DNA of 64,000 nucleotides from Escherichia coli (GTDB lineage Bacteria; Pseudomonadota; Gammaproteobacteria; Enterobacterales; Enterobacteriaceae): NCBI RefSeq assembly GCF_044324875.1, contig NZ_CP172185.1; one strand, 5' to 3'. Shown piece by piece: positions 44,599 to 55,468 of this stretch (position 1 is its first letter; each line of letters starts with the position of its first letter). The notes under the pieces were generated by a model. It saw only the letters and a program-made list of their open reading frames with translations, ran no database searches and was not told where the DNA came from. The position numbers and the translations under genes were made by a program.

Positions 44599-45618
44599 TT
44601 ATTCAGAAAAAGTGAGTAAGACTTTGCAGCAATGCTTTTGATCCTGTTCAAATAAACTAATGGCATCAGCAACATGCTGGAAATCAAACGTATGGGTAAT
44701 TAGTTTTTCTGGTTTAATTAACCCTTTACTTAACCAGTCGATAACGACCGGGAATTTATTTGCATTTAAGCGTGAAGAGAAAATAGAGAGTTCTTTTCCG
44801 GTAATTCCTTGCTGAATCACTTCAGACGGTTCACTGGAGAAGCCCATCAATACAATACGTGCCGCTGGAGAAGCCAGCGTTACGGCTTCTTTCAGGATTG
44901 AAGGATGACAAGCCGCATCGATAATTAATGTCGGCTTTATGCCTTTTTCAGCGAAAATCTCGCCAAGCGGTGTCTGGCTGTTATTAATCGCCCAGTCTGC
45001 CCCGCTCTCTTTCGCTTTTTCCAGTCGTTCATCAATGCGATCGGCAACAATCACATTCTTAACGTTATAGACGCCTTTTAATACCTGAACGATCGTCAGG
45101 CCGATTGGACCGGCACCGTAAACCAGAACGGTATCATTTTCAGTCGGTTGACCATGACCGGTAACGTTAGCCGCAATGGTAAAAGGTTCGATCATCACCG
45201 CATATTGATCGGCCACTGCTTCAGGAATTTTCCACGCATTTTTTGCCGGCACCACGGCATATTCACTGAAACCACCGTCAGCGTGCACACCTAATACAGC
45301 CAGTGTCGTACAAACGTTCGGCTTACCTATAGAGCACGGATAGCAATGCCCACAGCTGACCACCGGATCGACAGCAACGCGTTCACCGACTCTGGCGCTT
45401 TCCACGCCTTCACCCACTGCATCAATGACGCCAAAGAATTCATGACCAATGACGCGCGGATATTTCGCAAAAGGATTATGCCCACGATAAATATGGCTAT
45501 CTGAACCACAAATTCCGGCAAGTTTCACTTTTACTCGTACTTCACCCGCTGACGGGGTGGGTATTTCGCGTTCGATAATTGCCAGTTGATTCGGTTTTTC
45601 AATTAAAATGCTTTTCAT
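44599..45618 (-). CDS. rspB: Zn-dependent dehydrogenase (starvation-sensing protein RspB)
   Basis: Start trimmed to MKSILIEKPNQLAI giving 339 aa; MDR zinc motif GHEFFG and Rossmann GAGPIG. Confidence 0.9.
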   Translation of the reverse strand: MKSILIEKPNQLAIIEREIPTPSAGEVRVKVKLAGICGSDSHIYRGHNPFAKYPRVIGHEFFGVIDAVGEGVESARVGERVAVDPVVSCGHCYPCSIGKPNVCTTLAVLGVHADGGFSEYAVVPAKNAWKIPEAVADQYAVMIEPFTIAANVTGHGQPTENDTVLVYGAGPIGLTIVQVLKGVYNVKNVIVADRIDERLEKAKESGADWAINNSQTPLGEIFAEKGIKPTLIIDAACHPSILKEAVTLASPAARIVLMGFSSEPSEVIQQGITGKELSIFSSRLNANKFPVVIDWLSKGLIKPEKLITHTFDFQHVADAISLFEQDQKHCCKVLLTFSE

Positions 45619-45629
45619 TATCTTACTCC

Positions 45630-46844
45630 TTACCAGTTCCACAGCGTGCCATCTTCCAGACGTGCGACTGGCAGATAAGCAGGTTCATAGGGATATTTCG
45701 CCGCCAGCTTTTCATCGAATTCGATGCCAAGACCCGGTTTGTCTCCCGGATGCATATAGCCGTTATCGAAAGTCCAGTTGTGCGGGAAGACTTCAAGCAT
45801 TTGTTCGGAATAACCCATGTATTCCTGGACACCGAAATTGGGGACCCACAGATCAAAGTGCAGCGCCGCAGCCATGCAGACTGGTGACAAATCGGAAGGA
45901 CCGTGTGAGCCAGTACGTACCTGATACAACGAAGCAAAATCGGCAATCCGGCGCATACCGGTAATTCCGCCTGCATGGGTCAGCGTGGTGCGGATATAAT
46001 CGATAAGTTGCTCTTCAATCAGTTGATTGCAGTCCCAGATGCTGTTGAAGACTTCACCCACCGCGATGGGTGTGACGGTATGTTGGCGAATGAGACGGAA
46101 GCATTCCTGGTTTTCCGCAGGCGTCGGGTCTTCCATCCAGAACATGCGATAATCTTCAATGCTTTTACCAAAGCGCGCCGCTTCAATAGGCGTTAAGCGA
46201 TGGTGCATGTCATGCAGCAAATGTTCATTAAAACCAAACTTGTTACGTACCGCGTCAAACAATTTCGGCATGAAATCGAGGTATTTCTCCGTCGACCACA
46301 ACTGCTCTTCCGGCCACTGTCCTTTGGTTGCGGGTTCATAAGCCAGACCTTTGCCTTTCGACATGCCGTAGGTGGTTTTCATACCAGGGATTCCGCACTG
46401 CACGCGGATGGCTTTGAATCCCAGCTCCTGATGACGGGCATAATCATCCAGAGCTTCATCAATACTGTGACCGGTGGTATGGCAATAAACCATCACCCCT
46501 TCACGAGACGCGCCGCCGAGTAACTGGTAAAGCGGCATGTTGGCAGCTTTGGCTTTAATATCCCACAGCGCCATATCAACCGCTGAAATGGCCGACATCG
46601 TCACCGGACCGCGACGCCAGTAAGCACCTTTATAGAAAAACTGCCAGATATCTTCGATACGGTGTGCATCGCGACCAATAAGCTGCGGACAAAGGTGATC
46701 CTGCAAATAAGAGGCCACGGAAAGCTCACGTCCATTGAGGGTGGCATCCCCAAGGCCCGTAATACCGTCCTCAGTGGTGATTTTTAATGTGACGAAATTA
46801 CGCCCCGGACAGGTAACAAAAACTTCAGCCTTTACGATCTTCAT
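45630..46844 (-). CDS. rspA: Starvation-sensing protein RspA (enolase superfamily, mannonate dehydratase-like)
   Basis: Start trimmed to [22 protein letters not shown] giving 404 aa. Confidence 0.95.
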   Translation of the reverse strand: MKIVKAEVFVTCPGRNFVTLKITTEDGITGLGDATLNGRELSVASYLQDHLCPQLIGRDAHRIEDIWQFFYKGAYWRRGPVTMSAISAVDMALWDIKAKAANMPLYQLLGGASREGVMVYCHTTGHSIDEALDDYARHQELGFKAIRVQCGIPGMKTTYGMSKGKGLAYEPATKGQWPEEQLWSTEKYLDFMPKLFDAVRNKFGFNEHLLHDMHHRLTPIEAARFGKSIEDYRMFWMEDPTPAENQECFRLIRQHTVTPIAVGEVFNSIWDCNQLIEEQLIDYIRTTLTHAGGITGMRRIADFASLYQVRTGSHGPSDLSPVCMAAALHFDLWVPNFGVQEYMGYSEQMLEVFPHNWTFDNGYMHPGDKPGLGIEFDEKLAAKYPYEPAYLPVARLEDGTLWNW

Positions 46845-47049
46845 GTTCGATTCCTTGCATCGCTTGTCGTGATGCATGAAACCTACGCAACTGAGCTACT
46901 ACCATACAAGTATGAAGATCGAAAAAAGCCGGAGTGATCACAAAAAAAGGCGTATATTTGCGCCGGGAATGGTTGACAAAAGATGAAATAGAATACCTTT
47001 TGTCAGCTGACACTTCCTTGTATCTTATTGATAAAATGGATTTATGTCC

Positions 47050-47376
47050 TTACGCGCGCCCCCAGCCCGCAACAATGATCAACATGCCGCAAAGCGCAAT
47101 CAACGCCCCCGTCCAGTCATAAAGACTCAGTTTCACGCCATCCACAACGCGCAGCCACATCAACGCCGTGCAGACATAAACGCCACCATAAGCCGCGTAA
47201 ACACGCCCACTCGCCGCAGGATGCAACGTTAACAACCAGACAAACAGTGCCAGAGAAATCCCCGCCGGAAGCAACAGCCAGATACTGGCGTTTCGTTTTA
47301 ACCACAACCAGGGCAGAAAGCATCCAATAATTTCACACAGCGCAGTAGCAAAAAATAGTAACGTTGTTTTAATCAT
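47050..47376 (-). CDS. ynfA: UPF0060 small membrane protein
   Basis: 108 aa [35 protein letters not shown]... Confidence 0.9.
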
Positions 47377-47510
47377 CTTTGTCACTTATTGACATCATGT
47401 ATAGTTATAGGACGACATAATATCATCAATATAAACATCCTCCTGGTACGTTTTGCGTTCGCAGTGGATGGTGTAGAATCACCTTTAATCATTCATACAG
47501 GGAATGAATT

Positions 47511-47852
47511 ATGAAAATTACTCTCAGCAAACGAATTGGCCTGCTCGCTTTTCTGCTGCCTTGCGCACTGGCATTGAGCACAACTGTTCATGCCGAAAAT
47601 AACAAACTGGTGATTGAGTCTGGCGACAGTGCGCAAAGCCGCCAGCACGCCGCTATGGAAAAAGAGCAATGGAATGACACGCGCAATCTGCGCCAGAAAG
47701 TGAATAAACGCACTGAAAAAGAGTGGGATAAAGCCGACGCCGCTTTTGATAACCGCGATAAATGTGAGCAAAGCGCCAACATCAATGCCTACTGGGAGCC
47801 AAATACTTTGCGCTGCCTGGACCGTCGAACTGGCCGCGTTATTACCCCCTAA
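47511..47852 (+). CDS. ynfB: Secreted protein YnfB (UPF0482)
   Basis: 113 aa with signal peptide. Confidence 0.9.
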   Translation: MKITLSKRIGLLAFLLPCALALSTTVHAENNKLVIESGDSAQSRQHAAMEKEQWNDTRNLRQKVNKRTEKEWDKADAAFDNRDKCEQSANINAYWEPNTLRCLDRRTGRVITP

Positions 47853-47886
47853 CCTGTTATTGATTTAAGGAATGTAAGGACACGTT

Positions 47887-48447
47887 ATGCCAAGCGCCCA
47901 CAGTGTTAAGCTACGCCCGCTGGAGCGTGAAGATTTACGCTATGTACATCAACTCGACAATAACGCCAGTGTGATGCGTTACTGGTTTGAGGAACCCTAC
48001 GAAGCCTTTGTTGAACTCTCTGATCTGTACGATAAGCATATTCACGATCAGAGCGAACGGCGCTTTGTGGTGGAATGTGACGGCGAAAAAGCCGGTCTGG
48101 TGGAGCTGGTGGAAATTAACCATGTTCATCGCCGCGCAGAATTTCAGATAATTATCTCCCCGGAATATCAGGGGAAAGGTCTGGCAACGCGTGCCGCAAA
48201 ATTAGCAATGGACTATGGCTTCACCGTTCTCAATCTCTATAAGCTGTATCTGATCGTCGATAAAGAGAATGAAAAAGCGATACACATTTACCGCAAGCTT
48301 GGCTTTACGGTTGAAGGTGAATTGATACATGAGTTCTTTATTAATGGTCAATATCGGAATGCCATTCGCATGTGCATATTCCAGCATCAGTATCTGGCAG
48401 AGCACAAAACACCGGGTCAGACTCTCCTGAAGCCGACCGCACAATAG
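47887..48447 (+). CDS. speG: Spermidine N1-acetyltransferase (GNAT)
   Basis: 186 aa [41 protein letters not shown]...; stop codon is the last 3 nt before IS1. Confidence 0.95.
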   Translation: MPSAHSVKLRPLEREDLRYVHQLDNNASVMRYWFEEPYEAFVELSDLYDKHIHDQSERRFVVECDGEKAGLVELVEINHVHRRAEFQIIISPEYQGKGLATRAAKLAMDYGFTVLNLYKLYLIVDKENEKAIHIYRKLGFTVEGELIHEFFINGQYRNAIRMCIFQHQYLAEHKTPGQTLLKPTAQ

Positions 48448-48462
48448 GGTAATGACTCCAAC

Positions 48463-48966
48463 TTATTGATAGTGTTTTATGTTCAGATAATGCCCGATGA
48501 CTTTGTCATGCAGCTCCACCGATTTTGAGAACGACAGCGACTTCCGTCCCAGCCGTGCCAGGTGCTGCCTCAGATTCAGGTTATGCCGCTCAATTCGCTG
48601 CGTATATCGCTTGCTGATTACGTGCAGCTTTCCCTTCAGGCGGGATTCATACAGTGGCCAGCCATCCGTCATCCATATCACCACGTCAAAGGGTGACAGC
48701 AGGCTCATAAGACGCCCCAGCGTCGCCATAGTGCGTTCACCGAATACGTGCGCAACAACCGTCTTCCGGAGCCTGTCATACGCGTAAAACAGCCAGCGCT
48801 GGCGCGATTTAGCCCCGACATAGCCCCACTGTTCGTCCATTTCCGCGCAGACGATGACGTCACTGCCCGGCTGTATGCGCGAGGTTACCGACTGCGGCCT
48901 GAGTTTTTTAAGTGACGTAAAATCGTGTTGAGGCCAACGCCCATAATGCGGGCAGTTGCCCGGCAT
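48463..48966 (-). CDS. insB: IS1 InsB
   Basis: 167-aa ORF identical in protein sequence to copy-1 InsB. Confidence 0.9.
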
Positions 48967-49160
48967 CCAACGCCATTCATGGCCATATCAATGATTTTCT
49001 GGTGCGTACCGGGTTGAGAAGCGGTGTAAGTGAACTGCAGTTGCCATGTTTTACGGCAGTGAGAGCAGAGATAGCGCTGATGTCCGGCGGTGCTTTTGCC
49101 GTTACGCACCACCCCGTCAGTAGCTGAACAGGAGGGACAGCTGATAGAAACAGAAGCCAC
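48885..49160 (-). CDS. insA: IS1 InsA
   Basis: 91-aa ORF identical to copy-1 InsA. Confidence 0.95.
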
Positions 49161-49225
49161 TGGAGCACCTCAAAAACACCATCATACACTAAATCAGTAA
49201 GTTGGCAGCATCACCCACAATAGCA

Positions 49226-49936
49226 TTAATAATAATCGATAGTATTTTTGATGGTGTAAACCCGTTCGATGGCGGGTTTTACTCCTTCATCAACAATGAT
49301 TAGCTGACAGTCCACCGGATTGGCGTGACTGTCATATTCACAGCTCTGTTTTACATTACCAACTCTTTGATTATTCAGTAAAGTAACCGCTGTGTAATCT
49401 AATTTTTTGATCGGGTCCGTTGATGGCGTGGCGCTAACAGATAATGTTTTGTCGTGACTTTTCGTGGTTTTACCCAGCGGATACCCCTGATCATCATAGC
49501 GATATTCCATCTGCATCTGTTTGCTGCTGGCTTTAATCACAAAGCCATTATCATCGGTTTCCCAACTCACCCCGGCAGAAGGTAATTCTGCTAGCTGGCA
49601 TTTTCCCTGCAAACGAACTCTTTTCTCCAGTGTCTGGGCATCACGGTAATAATTGGCGTCCAGTACCAGGGCAACCACGGTATTATTTTCCAGATCCAGT
49701 AATTCGAGTGAATCAAAACAGCCTTCTTCCGACAAAGTCCCCGAAACACGTTTCGTCACTTCACCTTGCTCATCCATTAATGTCTGAGTGAAATCTTTTA
49801 CCGGACCACGCAGCGGATCAAAATCGAATTCATTAGAGAAACTGGCCATCTCAGGGGTAAATGAAAGTGTTACCTCTGTTCGGTCACATCCTGTGAGGAA
49901 TATCGCGAGTAAGCATGGCAGTAATTTGTATTTCAC
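49226..49936 (-). CDS. ynfC: Lipoprotein YnfC (UPF0257)
   Basis: Start placed at GTG (VKYKLLPCLLAIFLTGCDRTEV; lipobox LTGC) to give the 236-aa K-12 length. Confidence 0.85.
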   Translation of the reverse strand: MKYKLLPCLLAIFLTGCDRTEVTLSFTPEMASFSNEFDFDPLRGPVKDFTQTLMDEQGEVTKRVSGTLSEEGCFDSLELLDLENNTVVALVLDANYYRDAQTLEKRVRLQGKCQLAELPSAGVSWETDDNGFVIKASSKQMQMEYRYDDQGYPLGKTTKSHDKTLSVSATPSTDPIKKLDYTAVTLLNNQRVGNVKQSCEYDSHANPVDCQLIIVDEGVKPAIERVYTIKNTIDYY

Positions 49937-50043
49937 AACAGTCACCAGAGAGTAGAGATGATTCTCAATCATAGTAGCAAATACAGTACTTTACACGTTA
50001 AATGCTATGCTTAAAGAAGTTATCTTCGCGTAAGGAGCTTATG

Positions 50044-50349
50044 ATGAAACTCTCAACCTGCTGTGCCGCGCTTCTGCTCGCCCTCGCCTCACCCGCGGTA
50101 CTCGCCGCGCCGGGATCCTGTGAGCGCATACAGAGCGATATATCACAGCGCATTATCAATAATGGCGTACCCGAAAGCAGCTTCACGTTAAGTATTGTAC
50201 CCAATGACCAGGTTGATCAGCCTGATTCCCAGGTCGTCGGGCATTGCGCTAATGATACGCATAAAATTCTCTACACCCGCACCACCAGCGGTAACGTCTC
50301 TGCTCCCGCGCAGTCTACCCAGGATGGCGCGCCTGCCGAACCGCAGTAA
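50044..50349 (+). CDS. ynfD: Secreted DUF1161 protein YnfD
   Basis: Start trimmed to MKLSTCCAALLLALASPAVLA giving 101 aa. Confidence 0.85.
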   Translation: MKLSTCCAALLLALASPAVLAAPGSCERIQSDISQRIINNGVPESSFTLSIVPNDQVDQPDSQVVGHCANDTHKILYTRTTSGNVSAPAQSTQDGAPAEPQ

Positions 50350-50367
50350 CACATTATCGACTGAACG

Positions 50368-50390
50368 CCGGATACGACACATCCGGCGAT
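50368..50390 (+). terminator. Putative terminator after ynfD
   Basis: Hairpin GCCGGAT...ATCCGGC just 3' of ynfD. Confidence 0.4.
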
Positions 50391-50434
50391 TTGAACATAC
50401 AACATAATCCCACCTTATTACTCATACCCTTCTA

Positions 50435-50448
50435 TTGATATGGATTAA
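50435..50448 (+). promoter_or_regulatory. Candidate FNR-type site upstream of ynfE
   Basis: TTGAT-ATGG-ATTAA about 100 bp upstream of ynfE resembles the FNR consensus TTGAT-N4-ATCAA in 8 of 10 positions. Confidence 0.3.
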
Positions 50449-50547
50449 TAATTCTTAACCCAAAATGGGTAGACTCCCTCTATTGTTAGCGCGCTAAATA
50501 TTCAATATATAAACTTTTATATAACGATAAAGATCAGGGAGTGAGTT

Positions 50548-52974
50548 ATGTCCAAAAATGAACAAATGGTGGGCATCAGCCGCAGAACACTCGTTAAATC
50601 TACCGCGATAGGTTCTCTGGCGCTGGCTGCAGGCGGTTTTTCTTTACCGTTCACCCTGCGCAGTGCAGCGGCAGCGGTACAGCAGGCCAGCGAGAAAGTG
50701 GTCTGGGGTGCCTGTTCCGTCAACTGTGGTAGCCGCTGTGCACTTCGTCTGCATGTTAAAGATAATGAAGTGACCTGGGTGGAAACTGACAACACCGGCA
50801 ACGACGAGTATGGCAATCATCAAGTACGTGCCTGTTTGCGCGGTCGCTCCATCCGTCGGCGTATTAATCATCCCGATCGCTTGAATTACCCAATGAAACG
50901 CGTGGGCAAACGCGGCGAAGGCAAATTCGAACGGATTAGCTGGGATGAAGCCCTGGATACTATCGCCAGTAGCCTGAAAAAAACCGTCGAACAATATGGC
51001 AATGAGGCTGTATATATTCAGTACTCTTCAGGGATCGTTGGCGGCAATATGACCCGCTCTTCGCCATCCGCCTCGGCGGTCAAACGCCTGATGAACTGCT
51101 ACGGCGGTTCACTCAACCAGTATGGCTCCTACAGCACCGCGCAAATTTCCTGTGCCATGCCCTACACCTACGGCAGTAATGATGGCAACAGCACCACGGA
51201 TATTGAAAACAGCAAGCTGGTCGTGATGTTTGGTAACAACCCGGCAGAAACCCGCATGAGCGGCGGTGGCATCACTTATCTTCTTGAAAAAGCGCGCGAG
51301 AAATCGAACGCAAAAATGATTGTTATCGATCCGCGATATACCGATACAGCTGCTGGTCGTGAAGACGAATGGCTACCTATTCGCCCGGGCACCGATGCCG
51401 CGCTGGTTGCGGGTATTGCCTGGGTATTGATTAACGAAAATCTCGTTGATCAACCTTTTCTCGATAAATACTGCGTCGGCTATGACGAAAAAACCTTACC
51501 CGCAGATGCACCAAAAAATGGTCACTATAAAGCCTATATTCTTGGTGAAGGAGACGACAAAACAGCGAAAACGCCGCAGTGGGCTTCGCAAATTACCGGT
51601 ATCCCGGTGGACCGTATCATCAAACTGGCGCGTGAAATTGGCACAGCAAAACCCGCTTATATCTGCCAGGGCTGGGGACCGCAACGCCAGGCAAACGGCG
51701 AGCTGACTGCACGCGCTATTGCGATGTTGCCTATTCTGACGGGCAATGTCGGCATCAGCGGCGGAAATAGTGGCGCGCGTGAATCGACCTATACCATTAC
51801 CATAGAACGCCTACCGGTGCTGGATAATCCGGTCAAAACGTCAATCTCCTGCTTCAGCTGGACAGATGCTATCGATCATGGCCCGCAAATGACGGCAATC
51901 CGCGACGGTGTCCGGGGCAAAGATAAACTGGATGTGCCCATTAAGTTCATCTGGAACTACGCGGGAAATACCCTCGTTAATCAGCATTCTGACATCAACA
52001 AAACGCATGAAATTCTGCAGGACGAATCGAAATGCGAAATGATTGTGGTCATCGAAAACTTTATGACCTCATCGGCAAAATATGCCGACATTCTGCTGCC
52101 AGACCTGATGACCGTTGAGCAGGAAGATATTATTCCTAACGACTACGCCGGTAACATGGGATATCTCATTTTCCTCCAGCCTGTCACCAGCGAAAAATTC
52201 GAACGCAAACCGATTTACTGGATCCTGAGTGAAGTCGCGAAACATCTTGGACCTGAAGTCTATCAAAAGTTCACTGAAGGTCGCACTCAGGAACAATGGT
52301 TACAACATCTGTACGCCAAAATGCTTGCCAAAGATCCGGCGTTACCGTCTTACGACGAATTAAAAAAAATGGGTATCTATAAGCGTAAAGATCCCAATGG
52401 TCATTTTGTCGCCTACAAAGCATTTCGTGACGACCCCGAGGCAAATCCACTTAAAACGCCTTCCAGTAAGATTGAAATTTACTCCAGCAAGCTGGCGGAA
52501 ATTGCCCGTACCTGGGAACTGGAAAAAGATGAAGTGATAAGCCCACTGCCGGTTTATGCCTCAACCTTTGAAGGCTGGGACACCCCTGAACGTAGTACCT
52601 TTCCACTGCAACTGTTTGGTTTCCATTACAAATCCCGTACTCACTCGACCTACGGCAACATTGATGTCCTGAAGGCAGCCTGCCGTCAGGAAGTGTGGAT
52701 CAACCCTATAGATGCACAGAAACGTGGGATTGCCAACGGCGATATGGTGCGGGTGTTTAACCATCGTGGCGAAGTTCGGCTACCAGCCAAAGTGACACCA
52801 CGCATTCTCCCTGGGGTTAGCGCTATGGGCCAGGGAGCCTGGCACGAGGCCAATATGTCTGGCGATAAAATCGACCATGGCGGCTGTGTGAATACGCTAA
52901 CCACTCTGCGCCCTTCACCACTGGCGAAGGGAAACCCGCAGCACACTAATCTGGTCGAGATCGAAAAAATATAA
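50548..52974 (+). CDS. ynfE: Molybdopterin oxidoreductase catalytic subunit (DmsA paralog, selenate-reductase associated), Tat-exported
   Basis: 808 aa; twin-arginine signal SRRTLVKSTAIGSLALAAGG; N-terminal Cys cluster CSVNCGSRC; molybdopterin-binding domains. Confidence 0.95.
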   Translation: MSKNEQMVGISRRTLVKSTAIGSLALAAGGFSLPFTLRSAAAAVQQASEKVVWGACSVNCGSRCALRLHVKDNEVTWVETDNTGNDEYGNHQVRACLRGRSIRRRINHPDRLNYPMKRVGKRGEGKFERISWDEALDTIASSLKKTVEQYGNEAVYIQYSSGIVGGNMTRSSPSASAVKRLMNCYGGSLNQYGSYSTAQISCAMPYTYGSNDGNSTTDIENSKLVVMFGNNPAETRMSGGGITYLLEKAREKSNAKMIVIDPRYTDTAAGREDEWLPIRPGTDAALVAGIAWVLINENLVDQPFLDKYCVGYDEKTLPADAPKNGHYKAYILGEGDDKTAKTPQWASQITGIPVDRIIKLAREIGTAKPAYICQGWGPQRQANGELTARAIAMLPILTGNVGISGGNSGARESTYTITIERLPVLDNPVKTSISCFSWTDAIDHGPQMTAIRDGVRGKDKLDVPIKFIWNYAGNTLVNQHSDINKTHEILQDESKCEMIVVIENFMTSSAKYADILLPDLMTVEQEDIIPNDYAGNMGYLIFLQPVTSEKFERKPIYWILSEVAKHLGPEVYQKFTEGRTQEQWLQHLYAKMLAKDPALPSYDELKKMGIYKRKDPNGHFVAYKAFRDDPEANPLKTPSSKIEIYSSKLAEIARTWELEKDEVISPLPVYASTFEGWDTPERSTFPLQLFGFHYKSRTHSTYGNIDVLKAACRQEVWINPIDAQKRGIANGDMVRVFNHRGEVRLPAKVTPRILPGVSAMGQGAWHEANMSGDKIDHGGCVNTLTTLRPSPLAKGNPQHTNLVEIEKI

Positions 52975-53031
52975 CCCACTACAACCATAAATTCTGACAT
53001 GACATTTTGTTTGAAAAGCAATAAGTGAGTA

Positions 53032-55458
53032 ATGATGAAAATCCATACCACAGAGGCGCTCATGAAGGCTGAAATCAGCCGTAGAAGTCTGATGAAAACC
53101 TCCGCACTTGGCAGTCTCGCGCTGGCAAGCAGTGCTTTCACTCTGCCATTTTCCCAAATGGTCCGAGCGGCAGAGGTACCGGTAGAAGAGAAAGCGGTCT
53201 GGAGTTCCTGCACCGTTAACTGCGGGAGCCGCTGTCTGTTACGTTTGCATGTGAAAGATGACACCGTGTACTGGGTGGAGTCTGATACGACAGGTGACGA
53301 CGTCTACGGTAATCATCAGGTTCGGGCGTGTTTACGCGGACGCTCTATCCGTCGACGGATGAATCATCCTGATAGGTTGAAATATCCCATGAAGCGTGTC
53401 GGCAAGCGCGGTGAAGGTAAATTTGAACGGATAAGTTGGGACGAAGCCCTGGATACCATCAGTGATAATCTTCGGCGGATCCTAAAAGATTACGGCAATG
53501 AGGCTGTACATGTTCTCTATGGAACAGGCGTAGATGGCGGAAACATCACCAACTCAAACGTCCCGTACCGTCTGATGAACTCTTGCGGTGGTTTTCTCAG
53601 TCGCTATGGCAGCTACAGTACCGCACAGATCAGTGCCGCAATGAGTTATATGTTCGGTGCCAATGATGGCAACAGCCCGGATGATATCGCCAATACGAAA
53701 CTGGTCGTTATGTTCGGAAATAACCCGGCAGAAACTCGGATGAGCGGCGGTGGTGTCACTTACTACGTCGAGCAAGCCCGAGAACGTTCAAATGCACGCA
53801 TGATCGTCATCGATCCACGTTATAACGACACAGCTGCCGGACGTGAAGATGAATGGCTGCCCATTCGCCCTGGCACCGATGGAGCACTGGCCTGTGCGAT
53901 TGCCTGGGTACTGATTACTGAAAACATGGTCGATCAGCCATTTCTCGACAAATATTGTGTTGGTTACGATGAAAAAACGCTGCCCGCCAACGCACCACGT
54001 AACGCGCATTATAAAGCCTATATTCTGGGCGAAGGGCCTGACGGCATAGCTAAAACGCCGGAATGGGCAGCAAAAATCACCAGCATACCGGCAGAAAAAA
54101 TTATCCATTTGGCACGAGAGATCGGTTCAGCAAAACCTGCTTATATTTGTCAGGGTTGGGGGCCACAACGACACTCCAACGGCGAACAAACGTCCCGCGC
54201 TATTGCCATGCTTTCCGTTCTCACCGGTAACGTCGGCATAAACGGCGGCAACTCAGGTGTACGCGAAGGTAGCTGGGATCTGGGGGTAGAATGGTTCCCG
54301 ATGCTTGAGAATCCTGTTAAAACGCAGATTTCCGTCTTTACATGGACAGATGCCATCGACCACGGTACGGAAATGACCGCGACCCGTGATGGTGTTCGTG
54401 GAAAAGAAAAACTGGATGTCCCCATCAAGTTTTTATGGTGCTACGCCAGTAACACATTGATCAATCAACATGGCGACATCAATCACACCCATGAGGTGCT
54501 TCAGGATGACAGCAAGTGCGAGATGATTGTTGGCATTGACCACTTCATGACTGCCTCGGCTAAGTATTGCGATATCCTGTTGCCCGACCTGATGCCAACA
54601 GAGCAAGAAGACCTTATCTCTCACGAATCTGCCGGGAATATGGGCTATGTGATCCTCGCCCAACCCGCAACCTCAGCAAAATTTGAACGCAAACCCATCT
54701 ACTGGATGCTGAGCGAAGTCGCCAAACGCTTAGGACCAGACGTTTATCAAACCTTTACTGAAGGCCGCAGTCAGCACGAATGGATCAAATATCTCCATGC
54801 GAAAACGAAGGAACGTAACCCTGAGATGCCCGACTACGAGGAGATGAAAACGACCGGGATCTTTAAGAAAAAATGCCCGGAAGAACACTACGTCGCTTTC
54901 CGCGCATTCCGTGAAGATCCACAGGCAAACCCGTTGAAAACACCTTCGGGGAAAATCGAAATTTATTCTGAACGACTGGCGACGATTGCGGATACCTGGG
55001 AATTGAAAAAAGATGAAATTATTCATCCCCTTCCTGCGTATACCCCAGGTTTTGATGGCTGGGACGATCCCCTGCGGAAAACCTATCCACTGCAGCTAAC
55101 GGGCTTCCACTACAAAGCGCGTACCCACTCCAGCTACGGCAATATTGATGTGTTACAGCAGGCCTGCCCACAAGAGGTGTGGATCAACCCTATTGATGCT
55201 CAGGCACGCGGTATCCGTCATGGCGATACCGTGCGGGTATTTAACAATAATGGAGAAATGCTGATTGCCGCAAAAGTGACTCCGCGTATTCTGCCTGGCG
55301 TTACCGCCATCGGGCAAGGTGCGTGGCTTAAAGCGGATATGTTTGGTGACCGGGTCGATCACGGCGGCAGTATCAATATTCTGACCTCTCACCGCCCTTC
55401 ACCGCTGGCAAAGGGAAACCCGTCGCACAGCAATCTTGTCCAGATCGAAAAGGTTTAA
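53032..55458 (+). CDS. ynfF: Molybdopterin oxidoreductase catalytic subunit, tandem paralog of ynfE
   Basis: 808 aa; Tat signal ISRRSLMKTSALGSLALA; collinear and highly similar to YnfE. Confidence 0.95.
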   Translation: MMKIHTTEALMKAEISRRSLMKTSALGSLALASSAFTLPFSQMVRAAEVPVEEKAVWSSCTVNCGSRCLLRLHVKDDTVYWVESDTTGDDVYGNHQVRACLRGRSIRRRMNHPDRLKYPMKRVGKRGEGKFERISWDEALDTISDNLRRILKDYGNEAVHVLYGTGVDGGNITNSNVPYRLMNSCGGFLSRYGSYSTAQISAAMSYMFGANDGNSPDDIANTKLVVMFGNNPAETRMSGGGVTYYVEQARERSNARMIVIDPRYNDTAAGREDEWLPIRPGTDGALACAIAWVLITENMVDQPFLDKYCVGYDEKTLPANAPRNAHYKAYILGEGPDGIAKTPEWAAKITSIPAEKIIHLAREIGSAKPAYICQGWGPQRHSNGEQTSRAIAMLSVLTGNVGINGGNSGVREGSWDLGVEWFPMLENPVKTQISVFTWTDAIDHGTEMTATRDGVRGKEKLDVPIKFLWCYASNTLINQHGDINHTHEVLQDDSKCEMIVGIDHFMTASAKYCDILLPDLMPTEQEDLISHESAGNMGYVILAQPATSAKFERKPIYWMLSEVAKRLGPDVYQTFTEGRSQHEWIKYLHAKTKERNPEMPDYEEMKTTGIFKKKCPEEHYVAFRAFREDPQANPLKTPSGKIEIYSERLATIADTWELKKDEIIHPLPAYTPGFDGWDDPLRKTYPLQLTGFHYKARTHSSYGNIDVLQQACPQEVWINPIDAQARGIRHGDTVRVFNNNGEMLIAAKVTPRILPGVTAIGQGAWLKADMFGDRVDHGGSINILTSHRPSPLAKGNPSHSNLVQIEKV

Positions 55459-55468
55459 GGAGTAGCCC

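Larger units (their letters stand above)
48448..49215 (-). mobile_element. IS1 insertion sequence, complete 768 bp, copy 2, flanked by 8-bp target-site duplication CACAATAG
   Basis: Inverted relative to copy 1: GGTAATGACTCCAACTTATTGAT at 48448 and ...GTTGGCAGCATCACC ending 49215. CACAATAG at 48440..48447 and again at 49216..49223. insA/insB protein sequences identical to copy 1. Confidence 0.95.

Noticed and set aside
9724-49215. Possibility that the inverted IS1 pair marks an already-inverted 38-kb segment or a composite transposon
   Set aside because: IS1 copy 2 has matching 8-bp flanks on both sides, which would not survive an IS1–IS1 inversion. Gene order between the copies is collinear with K-12, and the content is core housekeeping genes rather than cargo.
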